From the NCBI GenBank assembly GCA_900755995.1, contig CAAEIM010000076.1, positions 1 through 53,858 on the forward strand: DNA of 53,858 nt. The letters run 5' to 3'. Under the pieces are notes generated by a model, which saw only the letters and a program-made list of their open reading frames with translations, did not search any database and was not told the DNA's origin. Positions 1-8,283 of the stretch are shown piece by piece. The translations under genes were made by a program, and so were the position numbers. Source of the DNA: Clostridia bacterium. Lineage in GTDB: Bacteria > Bacillota > Clostridia > Oscillospirales > Acutalibacteraceae. Numbering within the stretch: the stretch's first letter is position 1; the number at the start of each line of letters is the position of its first letter.

Positions 1-95
1 ATGCTTTTTGTTTCTTGAATTATTTCAATTTAATACTCAAAAACCAAAAACTCGAAATACAGGTTAACTGGATTTCGAGTTTTTTCGACAGTCTG
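1..95 (+). mobile_element. Probable right end of an IS1182-family insertion sequence (transposase would be outside the window)
   Basis: Hairpin CTCGAAAT..ATTTCGAG (51-79) followed directly by TTTTTTCGACAGTCTG (80-95), resembling the IS1182-type terminal repeat as recalled; abuts a perfect palindrome (96-120). Confidence 0.5.
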
Positions 96-122
96 AAAGC
101 ACCGATTAAATCGGTGCTTTTT
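96..122. terminator. Perfect palindrome / intrinsic-terminator-like hairpin
   Basis: AAAGCACCGATT-A-AATCGGTGCTTT followed by more T. Confidence 0.6.
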
Positions 123-149
123 GCTTTTTATTATCGGAGGGATTTTTAT

Positions 150-500
150 ATGGGTACTTTTTTGATTATTTTAGGAATATTTTGTTTAATGACTACCTAT
201 GGAGTGAATGCTCCTATTCCAATTATATTAGGATGTTTTTTTATTGTCTGGGGACTCTATTTGAAATTAAAGAAACCTAGAAATGGACAAACGAGATCCA
301 ATAGTCAAGTAAAATCTGATAGTCATACTGGTTATGAAGGACGTGTAAAAGTTGATAATACCAGATATATTTATGGTGACGATGGTAAGCTCTATGATGT
401 AAGGGACGGTTCTTTTACTCAAGGACTTGACGGGCGTTATCGTGATGATCACGGTCATGTTATTGAGGAAGACGACGATGGAGAGCTTCATATGTATTAA
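150..500 (+). CDS. Hypothetical membrane protein (two N-terminal TM helices, D/G-rich acidic C-terminus)
   Basis: GGAGG at 136-140 before ATG 150, in frame with ORF 15..500; two hydrophobic segments, then a hydrophilic tail. Confidence 0.7.
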   Translation: MGTFLIILGIFCLMTTYGVNAPIPIILGCFFIVWGLYLKLKKPRNGQTRSNSQVKSDSHTGYEGRVKVDNTRYIYGDDGKLYDVRDGSFTQGLDGRYRDDHGHVIEEDDDGELHMY

Positions 501-561
501 AAATCATAAATTGTCATCAAACATGCATTTCTAAATTTTGGAAAATACTGCTAAAGGATCC

Positions 562-583
562 TCAAATCCCGTCACTCGCACCA
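562..583 (+). mobile_element. tRNA 3' fragment (probably tRNA-Leu), att-like site
   Basis: TCAAATCCCGTCACTCGCACCA = T-loop, T-stem, acceptor 3' strand and CCA; upstream bases do not form the rest of a tRNA. Confidence 0.75.
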
Positions 584-584
584 T

Positions 585-620
585 AAAGACAACCGATTTT
601 ATACTAAGTCGGTTGTCTTT
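585..620 (+). terminator. Intrinsic terminator after the tRNA fragment
   Basis: AAAGACAACCGATTT..AAGTCGGTTGTCTTT followed by CTTTT. Confidence 0.75.
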
Positions 621-789
621 CTTTTAGTATGAAAGCCACATTTCAGTGAATTTTTCTTATTAATACAACAATTATAGCTATGAGCTTTCTCTCATTATAT
701 ATGCCATCTAAAATATGAGGATTGTTAATTATTTATCGTTAAAAATCTGTCAATGTGCACAATTTAGAACTTGACTATTATAAATATTT

Positions 790-807
790 TAGTTAATCTT
801 TTAACGA
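790..807. promoter_or_regulatory. Candidate Rex operator
   Basis: TAGTTAA-TCTT-TTAACGA matches 12 of 14 positions of the clostridial Rex consensus TTGTTAA-N4-TTAACAA; AT-rich context lowers specificity. Confidence 0.4.
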
Positions 808-1008
808 GCTTTTTGTGCTAAATGCTTAAATCGAGTGAAAGATTTTATTAAGTTATACGAAAATATTAAAATTTCATTGTGTTAATAAACAAAGAATTTT
901 TTAAAACTTCTGTCATTTTACCCCTATATCTTAGCCAAGAATTGTTGTATAATATAACCAAAGCAAAAGAGATTTTGCTTAGTGTTTTTATCGAAAGGAA
1001 TGACTTTA

Positions 1009-1758
1009 ATGAAATTTGAAACAATTCTTGCTGAAAGAAAGAATAAGGTTATATACAAAGACGGAGATAAGACTATTAAGGTTTTTGACGAAACTTTTCC
1101 AAAATCAGATATACTCAACGAGGCTCTTAATCAGGCTCGTGTAGAGGAAACAGGTCTTAACATTCCCGCACTTGAGGAAGTAACAAAAATTGATGGCAAA
1201 TGGGCAATCATTACCGATTATATAGAAGGCAAAACGCTCGCACAGCTTATGGAAGAAAATCCGGATAAAATCGACGAATACCTTGAATTATTTGTAAATC
1301 TTCAAATTAAAGTACTCAGCCAGAAAGCTCCTTTACTTAACAAGCTTCAGGATAAGATGCAGCGTAAGATTTCCGAGACGGGTCTTGATGCAACCACAAG
1401 ATATGAGCTTTCAACACGCCTAAACGGTATGCCTAAGCATACTAAGGTATGTCATGGCGACTTTAACCCAAGTAACATTATTATTAAGCCTGACGGCACA
1501 CCTTATATTCTTGACTGGTCACACGCTACACAGGGCAACGGTTCGGCTGACGCCGCAAGAACCTATCTGCTCTTTAAGCTTAACAAGCAAGATGAGCTTG
1601 CTGAAAAATACATTAAGCTTTATTGTGCTAAGACAGATACGGCTCATCAGTATATTCAGGGATGGCTTCCGATTGTTGCCGCTTCACAGTCAGTTAAGGG
1701 CAAAGAGGAAGAGCGTGAGTTCCTGCTCTCTTGGGTAAACGTATGTGATTACCAGTAA
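1009..1758 (+). CDS. APH/choline-kinase-like phosphotransferase
   Basis: Brenner motif VCHGDFNPSNI and ILDW; RBS AAAGGA 994-999 favours ATG 1009. Confidence 0.85.
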   Translation: MKFETILAERKNKVIYKDGDKTIKVFDETFPKSDILNEALNQARVEETGLNIPALEEVTKIDGKWAIITDYIEGKTLAQLMEENPDKIDEYLELFVNLQIKVLSQKAPLLNKLQDKMQRKISETGLDATTRYELSTRLNGMPKHTKVCHGDFNPSNIIIKPDGTPYILDWSHATQGNGSADAARTYLLFKLNKQDELAEKYIKLYCAKTDTAHQYIQGWLPIVAASQSVKGKEEEREFLLSWVNVCDYQ

Positions 1759-1826
1759 TATTAATCAGAACACAAGTTTTTAAACTCCTATTATACTAAT
1801 TCTCCTTACTTTCAAATTCCCCGAAC

Positions 1827-1865
1827 AAAAAGCGCTCCTGCTCATTTTGAATAGGAGTGCTTTTT
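1827..1865 (+). terminator. Intrinsic terminator
   Basis: AAAAAGCGCTCCT..AGGAGTGCTTTTT. Confidence 0.7.
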
Positions 1866-2077
1866 GGGTTGGAAATTTGACTATTTGTACTGACATAAGA
1901 ATAGACGGGTGATAAATCAATATAAAATGTTTAATTATTATAAAAATATAGTGACATTATAAAATTTTGTGTTATAATTATATTATACCTTATAAAATGT
2001 TTTTGTATCTGTTTTTAATAGGACGGCATACAAAGATTTATAAAATTATATATAAAATGAAAGGATGGATTAAAACC

Positions 2078-2878
2078 ATGGGACTCTTTAACGGAAAAAC
2101 TGTAATTATTACAGGAGGAGGCAGAGCGGTTCTCAGTGACGGAAGATGTGGTTCAATCGGTTACGGCATTGCAACAGCTTATGCAAAGGAAGGCGCAAAT
2201 CTCGTTATTACAGGACGTAATACTAAAAAGCTGGCGGCTGCAAAGCAGGAGTTGGAAGAAAAATACAGCGTAAAAGTTCTTTGTATTCAAGCAGATGTAT
2301 CTGCTGGTTCGGATAACAAAGCTGTCGTGGAAAATGTTGTTAAGCAAACAGTTGATACCTTTGGCGGAATTGATGTGTTGATTAACAACGCACAGGCTTC
2401 CGCTTCCGGCGTAACTTTGGCAAATCACACTACCGAACAGTTTGATTTGGCTATATATTCGGGCTTGTATGCCGCTTTCTATTATATGCAAGCTTGCTAC
2501 CCGTACTTGGCAAAAAGCAAAGGCTCAGTGATTAATTTTGCCTCAGGAGCAGGATTGTTTGGTAATTTCGGACAATGTGCTTATGCGGCTGCCAAAGAAG
2601 GTATTCGTGGACTTTCCCGTGTAGCTGCAACTGAATGGGGCAAGGACGGTATCAATGTAAATGTTGTATGCCCTCTGGCATGGACAGCGCAGCTTGAGCA
2701 GTTTAAAAATGCTTATCCTGATGCATATGAAAAGAATGTTCATATCCCACCTATGGGACATCTGGGTGATTCTGAATTGGAAATCGGACGTGTTTGTGTG
2801 CAACTGGCTTCCCCGGATTTCAAATTCCTAACAGGCGAAACCATTACTCTGGAAGGCGGACTGGGACTTCGTCCATAA
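2078..2878 (+). CDS. SDR oxidoreductase, probable NADP(H)-dependent bile acid 12-alpha-hydroxysteroid dehydrogenase
   Basis: 266 aa from ATG 2078; ITGGG-RAVLSDGRC-GSIGYG glycine motif with insertion, NNAQ, FASGAG, YAAAK, C-terminal GETITLEGGLGLRP; closely resembles clostridial 12a-HSDHs as recalled. Confidence 0.8.
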   Translation: MGLFNGKTVIITGGGRAVLSDGRCGSIGYGIATAYAKEGANLVITGRNTKKLAAAKQELEEKYSVKVLCIQADVSAGSDNKAVVENVVKQTVDTFGGIDVLINNAQASASGVTLANHTTEQFDLAIYSGLYAAFYYMQACYPYLAKSKGSVINFASGAGLFGNFGQCAYAAAKEGIRGLSRVAATEWGKDGINVNVVCPLAWTAQLEQFKNAYPDAYEKNVHIPPMGHLGDSELEIGRVCVQLASPDFKFLTGETITLEGGLGLRP

Positions 2879-3066
2879 ATTCGATATACAGCACTAAAAG
2901 CGGTAAAAGCAGTCAAAATTATTCAAAGCTATACGGGCATTGATAATAAAATAGGAAAAAATAATCTATTGGAGTTGATAGTGCTTGAAAATAATCCTAA
3001 TAATAGCCACCCATCGAACAGGTGGTATTAAAGTTTGACAAGGCATTTTTACAAAATACAATCTAT

Positions 3067-3100
3067 AAAACGGGTATCCATAATCGGATACCCGTTACTT
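3067..3100. terminator. Terminator between convergent SDR and gatB
   Basis: AACGGGTATCC..GGATACCCGTT 11-bp stem. Confidence 0.75.
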
Positions 3101-3117
3101 ATTATGTTAAAAACTAA

Positions 3118-4530
3118 TTAGGAAATCAATTCCTTTAGCTTTTGCTCAACCACGGCCGCATCAGCCTTGCCACGGCTGTTCTTCATTACATTGCCCACAA
3201 GTGCCTTAATAGCCTTTTCCTTGCCGTTTTTATAGTCATCAACAGCCTTAGGATTGCTTTCAACAGCTTGCTGACAAAGCTCATTTACAGTATTTTCATC
3301 AAGTCCGCCCATATCGCTTTCGCTGATAAAATCGAGCGCACCCTTACCTGAATCAAGCATTTTTTCAAGGGTAGCTTTAGCTAAATTATTGCGAATCTTG
3401 CCGCTGTCAATCAGCTTTACAAGCTCATTGAGCTGCTCCGGAGAGGTTGCAACATCAAACACCTCTTTATCCGCTTCGGTTTCAGTCCTTCTAAAAATCT
3501 GACCGATAATAAAGTTAGAAACAGTCTTTGCTGACTTAACACCTTCGCAGGCTTTATCAAAATACTCACTGATTTTTCTGTATTTTGTAAGAAGCTGAGC
3601 ATCCTTTTCGGGAATTCCAAGCTCATCGATATATCTTTTGCATTTCTCAGACGGAAGCTCGGGCATTTCTGACTTTAATTTCTCAACAACATCCCTCGGC
3701 ACATTGATTGTAACCAGATCAGGATCTCTGAAATAGCGATAGTCGTGTGCATCCTCTTTGCTGCGCATTGATGATGTAGTATTTGTTGCATCGTCATAGC
3801 GAAGTGTTTCCTGTACTACCTTGCCGCCGCTCTCAATCAAATCAACCTGACGCTCAAATTCGTACTCCATTGCTTTAGCAATGTTTGTAACAGAGTTCAT
3901 ATTCTTGATTTCTGTTCTTGTACCGAGAGTTTCTGAGCCAACCGGACGAACGGAAATATTAACGTCACAGCGCATAGAACCCTCCTGCATACGGCAGTCA
4001 GATATACCAATGTAGCGCATTATCTGCTGTAGCTTTTCTACATACTCCTTTGCCTCGTCAATAGAACGAATGTCAGGCTCGGAAACGATTTCAATAAGCG
4101 GAACACCGCCACGGTTGTAATCAACGTAGGTATCGCCGTGCTGATGAATAAGCTTTCCTGCATCCTCCTCAATGTGAATATGGTGAAGTCTGATTTTTCT
4201 GCCGTTTGAAAGCTCAACATAGCCTCCGATTGAAAGCGGTGCATAAAGCTGACTAATCTGATATGCCTTTGAAAGGTCGGGATAGCAGTAATTTTTTCTG
4301 TCCATTTTTGAAATTTCAGCAATCTCACCGTGTGTGGCAAGACCTGCCTTTATGCCAAAATTAACAACCTCACGGTTAAGCTTTGGAAGTGTGCCCGGAA
4401 GTCCTATACATACAGGACAGCAGTGTGAGTTTGGCGCACCGCCGAATGCTGTTGTGCAGGAACAGAAAATTTTGGTTTTTGTAGCAAGCTCAATATGGGT
4501 TTCAAAACCCGCAACTAATTCGTATTTCAC
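3118..4530 (-). CDS. gatB: Asp/Glu-tRNA amidotransferase subunit B
   Basis: GFETHIEL, PGTLP, RKNYCYPDL, HIEEDAGK, DYNRGGVPLIEIVSEPD, DYRYF; GTG start overlaps the gatA stop. Confidence 0.97.
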   Translation of the reverse strand: MKYELVAGFETHIELATKTKIFCSCTTAFGGAPNSHCCPVCIGLPGTLPKLNREVVNFGIKAGLATHGEIAEISKMDRKNYCYPDLSKAYQISQLYAPLSIGGYVELSNGRKIRLHHIHIEEDAGKLIHQHGDTYVDYNRGGVPLIEIVSEPDIRSIDEAKEYVEKLQQIMRYIGISDCRMQEGSMRCDVNISVRPVGSETLGTRTEIKNMNSVTNIAKAMEYEFERQVDLIESGGKVVQETLRYDDATNTTSSMRSKEDAHDYRYFRDPDLVTINVPRDVVEKLKSEMPELPSEKCKRYIDELGIPEKDAQLLTKYRKISEYFDKACEGVKSAKTVSNFIIGQIFRRTETEADKEVFDVATSPEQLNELVKLIDSGKIRNNLAKATLEKMLDSGKGALDFISESDMGGLDENTVNELCQQAVESNPKAVDDYKNGKEKAIKALVGNVMKNSRGKADAAVVEQKLKELIS

Positions 4531-5984
4531 AGCTTAACACCCCACTTTGTATCCTTAAAGTTTTCGCCTGCCGCATGCTGATATTTATAGGCTGCATTAA
4601 GTATTTCAGCCTCGCCAAAGCTCTTGCCGATAAGCTGCATACCTATAGGCATACCGTTTGCATTAAAACCGCACGGAACCGAAACACCCGGAAGTCCTGC
4701 AATGTTCACAGGTACGGTGCAAATATCAGTCAAATAGGTTTCAATAGGGTCAGAAACAGCGTGACCTGCCTTGAATGCGGTCATAGGAACTGTAGGAGCG
4801 AGAATTACATCGCAGCTTTCAAAAGCTTCTGTAAATGCCTTTACTATTGTTCCTCTGAGGTTCTGAGCCTTTTTATAGTAAGCGTCATAATAACCTGCCG
4901 AAAGCACATAGGTGCCGAGAAGGATTCTTCTCTTTACTTCCTCGCCAAAGCCCTCGGAACGGGTGCGGCAAATCATATCGTGAGTCCCGTTGTAATGAGG
5001 TGTTTTGTAGCCGAAGCGAATACCGTCATATCTGCCGAGGTTTGAAGAAGCCTCCGCACAGGCAATAATATAGTAAACAGGGAGAGCAAACTTGAGTGCA
5101 GGAAGATTGAAATAAACAATTTCAGCACCGAGCGACTCATAAACCTTGGCCGCATTGAGCACTGCTTCCTTTACATCATCACGGATTCCGTCAAGATACT
5201 CACGAGCAATACCTATCTTCATTCCCTTAATATCGTTATTAAGCTTGTCAAAGGTTGAACCGCCGAGGCTGCCCTTTGAGGTGCTGTCCTTTTCATCGTA
5301 CTGAGAAATGGCGTCATATACGATCGAAGCGTCCTCAACGCTCCTTGTAATCGGTCCGATTTGGTCAAGCGAGCTTGCATATGCAATAAGACCGTAACGT
5401 GAAACGCTGCCATAGGTTGGCTTTAAGCCGACAATTCCGCAGAAGCTTGCAGGCTGACGGATAGAACCACCTGTGTCTGAACCAAGACCGTAAGCCGCAA
5501 TATTTGCGCCGACTGCACTTGCAACGCCGCCTGATGAACCGCCTGAAACATAATTTGTATTAAAGGGATTCATTGCTCCGCCAAAGCAGGAGGTTTCGCA
5601 GGAAGAACCCATTGCAAACTCATCCATATTTGTTTTGCCGAGCATAACGGCGTTTTGCACAGAAAGATTCTCCCACACGGTTGCGTTATAAATCGGCTTG
5701 TAGCCTTTAAGAATTTTTGAACAGCAAGTTGTTTCAATATCCTTTGTAGAAATATTGTCTTTAAGAGTCATCGGAACACCCTCTAACATTCCGATTTCCT
5801 CTCCCCTTGCTATTTTTTCGTCAACTACTTTTGCAGTTTCAAGGGCTGTTTCCGGAGTAACCGTTACATAAGCGTTAAGCTCTCCGTTTGATTTTTCTAT
5901 TTCTTCAAGATAGCTTTTTGTAAGTTCAGTACACGAACACTGCTTTGAAACCAGCATTTCGTGAATTTTTGCAATACTACCCAT
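4527..5984 (-). CDS. gatA: Asp/Glu-tRNA amidotransferase subunit A
   Basis: Amidase signature: KDNI, GKTNMDEFAMGSS, GGSSGG, GSDTGGSIRQPA. Confidence 0.97.
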   Translation of the reverse strand: MGSIAKIHEMLVSKQCSCTELTKSYLEEIEKSNGELNAYVTVTPETALETAKVVDEKIARGEEIGMLEGVPMTLKDNISTKDIETTCCSKILKGYKPIYNATVWENLSVQNAVMLGKTNMDEFAMGSSCETSCFGGAMNPFNTNYVSGGSSGGVASAVGANIAAYGLGSDTGGSIRQPASFCGIVGLKPTYGSVSRYGLIAYASSLDQIGPITRSVEDASIVYDAISQYDEKDSTSKGSLGGSTFDKLNNDIKGMKIGIAREYLDGIRDDVKEAVLNAAKVYESLGAEIVYFNLPALKFALPVYYIIACAEASSNLGRYDGIRFGYKTPHYNGTHDMICRTRSEGFGEEVKRRILLGTYVLSAGYYDAYYKKAQNLRGTIVKAFTEAFESCDVILAPTVPMTAFKAGHAVSDPIETYLTDICTVPVNIAGLPGVSVPCGFNANGMPIGMQLIGKSFGEAEILNAAYKYQHAAGENFKDTKWGVKL

Positions 5985-5996
5985 TTTTACACCTCT

Positions 5997-6275
5997 TTAT
6001 TCTCTGCCTCTTACAAGGAAATGTGACTCTGCCTGCTCAGGCGCATTTTTGAGAATTTCCTCGCTGTCGTATGACTCAACCACAACATCCTCACGAAATA
6101 CATTTGAAAGATTGTTTATGTTGTCAAAGCCCTCGTCGCTTGTGGGGGCATTATTGATTGTATCGGCAAAATCTATAATTTCTTGCATTGACTTTGTAAG
6201 CCCGTCCAGCTCCTCCTCAGGAACAAACAGCTTTGAAAGCAGTGCAATGTTTTCAACATCTTCTCTTGTTACCAT
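5997..6275 (-). CDS. gatC: Asp/Glu-tRNA amidotransferase subunit C
   Basis: About 92 aa, IALLSKL...FREDVV...LKNAP; sits upstream of gatA; RBS favours ATG 6275. Confidence 0.92.
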   Translation of the reverse strand: MVTREDVENIALLSKLFVPEEELDGLTKSMQEIIDFADTINNAPTSDEGFDNINNLSNVFREDVVVESYDSEEILKNAPEQAESHFLVRGRE

Positions 6276-6347
6276 AAAAACCATCCTTTGTATAAACAGA
6301 ATCAGGGCAAGTTATATACACAACTCGCCCTTTGAGTATATATTAAG

Positions 6348-8096
6348 TTATCTTAATTTAATGTGAACCTCACGAAGCTGCTGCTCTGTTACCTCTCCCG
6401 GTGAACCGAGAAGAAGATCCTGAGCGTTTGAGTTCATTGGGAAAGCAATTACCTCTCTGATGTTCTCCTCTTCTGTAATGAGCATTATCATTCTGTCAAC
6501 ACCGGGTGCCATACCTGCGTGTGGCGGTGCTCCGTACTGGAATGCATTGTAGAGCGCAGAGAATTTAGTCTTAAGTTCCTCCTCTGTGTAGCCTGCAATC
6601 TCAAATGCCTTAATCATAATATCAAGATCGTGGTTACGAACAGCGCCCGAAGAAAGCTCAACACCGTTGCAGACAATATCATACTGATAAGCAAGAATGT
6701 CATCAGGATTTTTATTAAGAAGGCTATCCATACCGCCCTGAGGCATTGAGAATGGGTTGTGAGTAAAGATTACCTGACCTGTTGTTTCATCGTGCTCATA
6801 CATTGGGAAGTCAACGATAAAGCACATCTCAAACTTTGACTTATCAATAAGGTCAAGACGGATTGCAACCTCGGTACGAATCTGACCTGCAAGCTTTGGA
6901 GCATCTTTTTCGGTATCTGCAATAAAGTAAATAACGTCGCCTGCGCTTGAAGAATTGCGCTTGATAAGCTCTTCTCTGTCACCCTCTTTAAGAAACTTGT
7001 CAATAGGGCCGTCAAATGTCATATCATCTCTGACCTTAACATAGCCGAGTCCCTTCATACCAATGGAAAGGGCATATTCTTCCATCTTTTTGAACCAGCT
7101 CTTAGACTGCTTTGCAGCGCCCGGAACATTTATTGAGCGTACGGTCTTTTTGAGGAACGGCTTAAAATCTGTTTCCTCAAACATATCGCTGATATCAACA
7201 ATTACAAGCGGGTTGCGTAAATCCGGTTTATCTGTGCCGTATTTTAGCATACTCTCCGCATAAGGAATACGGGCAAACGGAGGCTTGGAAACCTCTTTGT
7301 CAGTAAACTTAGTGAAGGTTTCATAAAGAACCTCCTCTGCAACATCAAAAACATCCTCCTGAGTAGCAAATGCCATCTCGAAGTCAAGCTGATAAAATTC
7401 ACCCGGTGAACGGTCAGCTCTTGCGTCCTCATCTCTGAAGCAGGGAGCTATCTGGAAGTATCTGTCAAAGCCTGATACCATAAGAAGCTGCTTAAAAATC
7501 TGCGGAGCCTGCGGCAGAGCATAAAATCTGCCCTTATGCTTACGGCTTGGAATAAGATAATCTCTTGCGCCCTCAGGTGATGAGGTTGACAGAATAGGAG
7601 TCTGAATTTCGTTAAATCCCATTTCGTTCATCTTTGCACGGAGAAATGAAATAATCTGAGAACGGAGCATAATATTGTTATGCACCTTTTGATTACGAAG
7701 GTCGAGGAAACGATACTTTAAGCGCACGTCCTCGGAGGTGTTGGTAGAAGTAGCCACCTCAAAAGGCAGAGCGTTTTTGCACTTGCCCAGAACTGTTATG
7801 TCCTCTGTGTGAACCTCAACATAGCCTGTAGCAATTTTTGAGTTGATAGTTTCTTCATCTCTTTTTACTACCTTGCCGCTTAATGTAACAGTACATTCCT
7901 TATTGATTCCCTTGAGCAGCTCATCATTGTGAACTACAACCTGAAGAACACCGTACTGGTCACGAATGTCAAGGAACATTACGCCGCCGTGGTCACGAAT
8001 ATTTTCAACCCAGCCGGCAACACGAACTTCCTGTCCGATATTTTTTTCTCTTAATTCACCGCAGGTTACGGTGCGATACTGATTAGCCTTTATCAT
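6348..8096 (-). CDS. aspS: Aspartate-tRNA ligase, probably non-discriminating Asp/Asn type
   Basis: YALPQAPQIFKQLLM, CFRDED, PPHAGMAPGVDR; RDHGG in the anticodon domain; co-oriented with gatCAB. Confidence 0.96.
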   Translation of the reverse strand: MIKANQYRTVTCGELREKNIGQEVRVAGWVENIRDHGGVMFLDIRDQYGVLQVVVHNDELLKGINKECTVTLSGKVVKRDEETINSKIATGYVEVHTEDITVLGKCKNALPFEVATSTNTSEDVRLKYRFLDLRNQKVHNNIMLRSQIISFLRAKMNEMGFNEIQTPILSTSSPEGARDYLIPSRKHKGRFYALPQAPQIFKQLLMVSGFDRYFQIAPCFRDEDARADRSPGEFYQLDFEMAFATQEDVFDVAEEVLYETFTKFTDKEVSKPPFARIPYAESMLKYGTDKPDLRNPLVIVDISDMFEETDFKPFLKKTVRSINVPGAAKQSKSWFKKMEEYALSIGMKGLGYVKVRDDMTFDGPIDKFLKEGDREELIKRNSSSAGDVIYFIADTEKDAPKLAGQIRTEVAIRLDLIDKSKFEMCFIVDFPMYEHDETTGQVIFTHNPFSMPQGGMDSLLNKNPDDILAYQYDIVCNGVELSSGAVRNHDLDIMIKAFEIAGYTEEELKTKFSALYNAFQYGAPPHAGMAPGVDRMIMLITEEENIREVIAFPMNSNAQDLLLGSPGEVTEQQLREVHIKLR

Positions 8097-8283
8097 ATAT
8101 CTACAGTTCCTTTCACTGATATAATACCAAATTGCCTATTCTTTTGTATTATACCACAATCTGCCTAGGCAATCAATATTTTCAAAGATTTTTATTTTTT
8201 GATTTTATATTTTTTTACTTTATATGAAACAACTCGGCAGTACTTTGGCGCAGGAGTGTATATCTATATGATACCGGCTGCTT

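Noticed and set aside
1009..1758. Aminoglycoside resistance gene
   Set aside because: Only the generic kinase motifs are shared; host-like codon use and no resemblance to named APH enzymes.
1967..2077. N-terminal extension of the SDR in the ORF track
   Set aside because: AT-rich non-coding-like sequence; the fold and RBS fit ATG 2078.
3003..3030. CCACC..GGTGG hairpin as an IS200/IS605 end remnant
   Set aside because: Too short and imperfect; no tnpA or tnpB nearby.
8097..8283. T-box riboswitch before aspS
   Set aside because: No GGTGGNACC T-box sequence or specifier stem visible.
8228..8283. Third copy of the 29823/43123 repeat after the permease stop codon
   Set aside because: Only GCAGCCGGT (minus strand) and CTCGGCAGT (plus strand) match, in inconsistent orientation; insufficient support.
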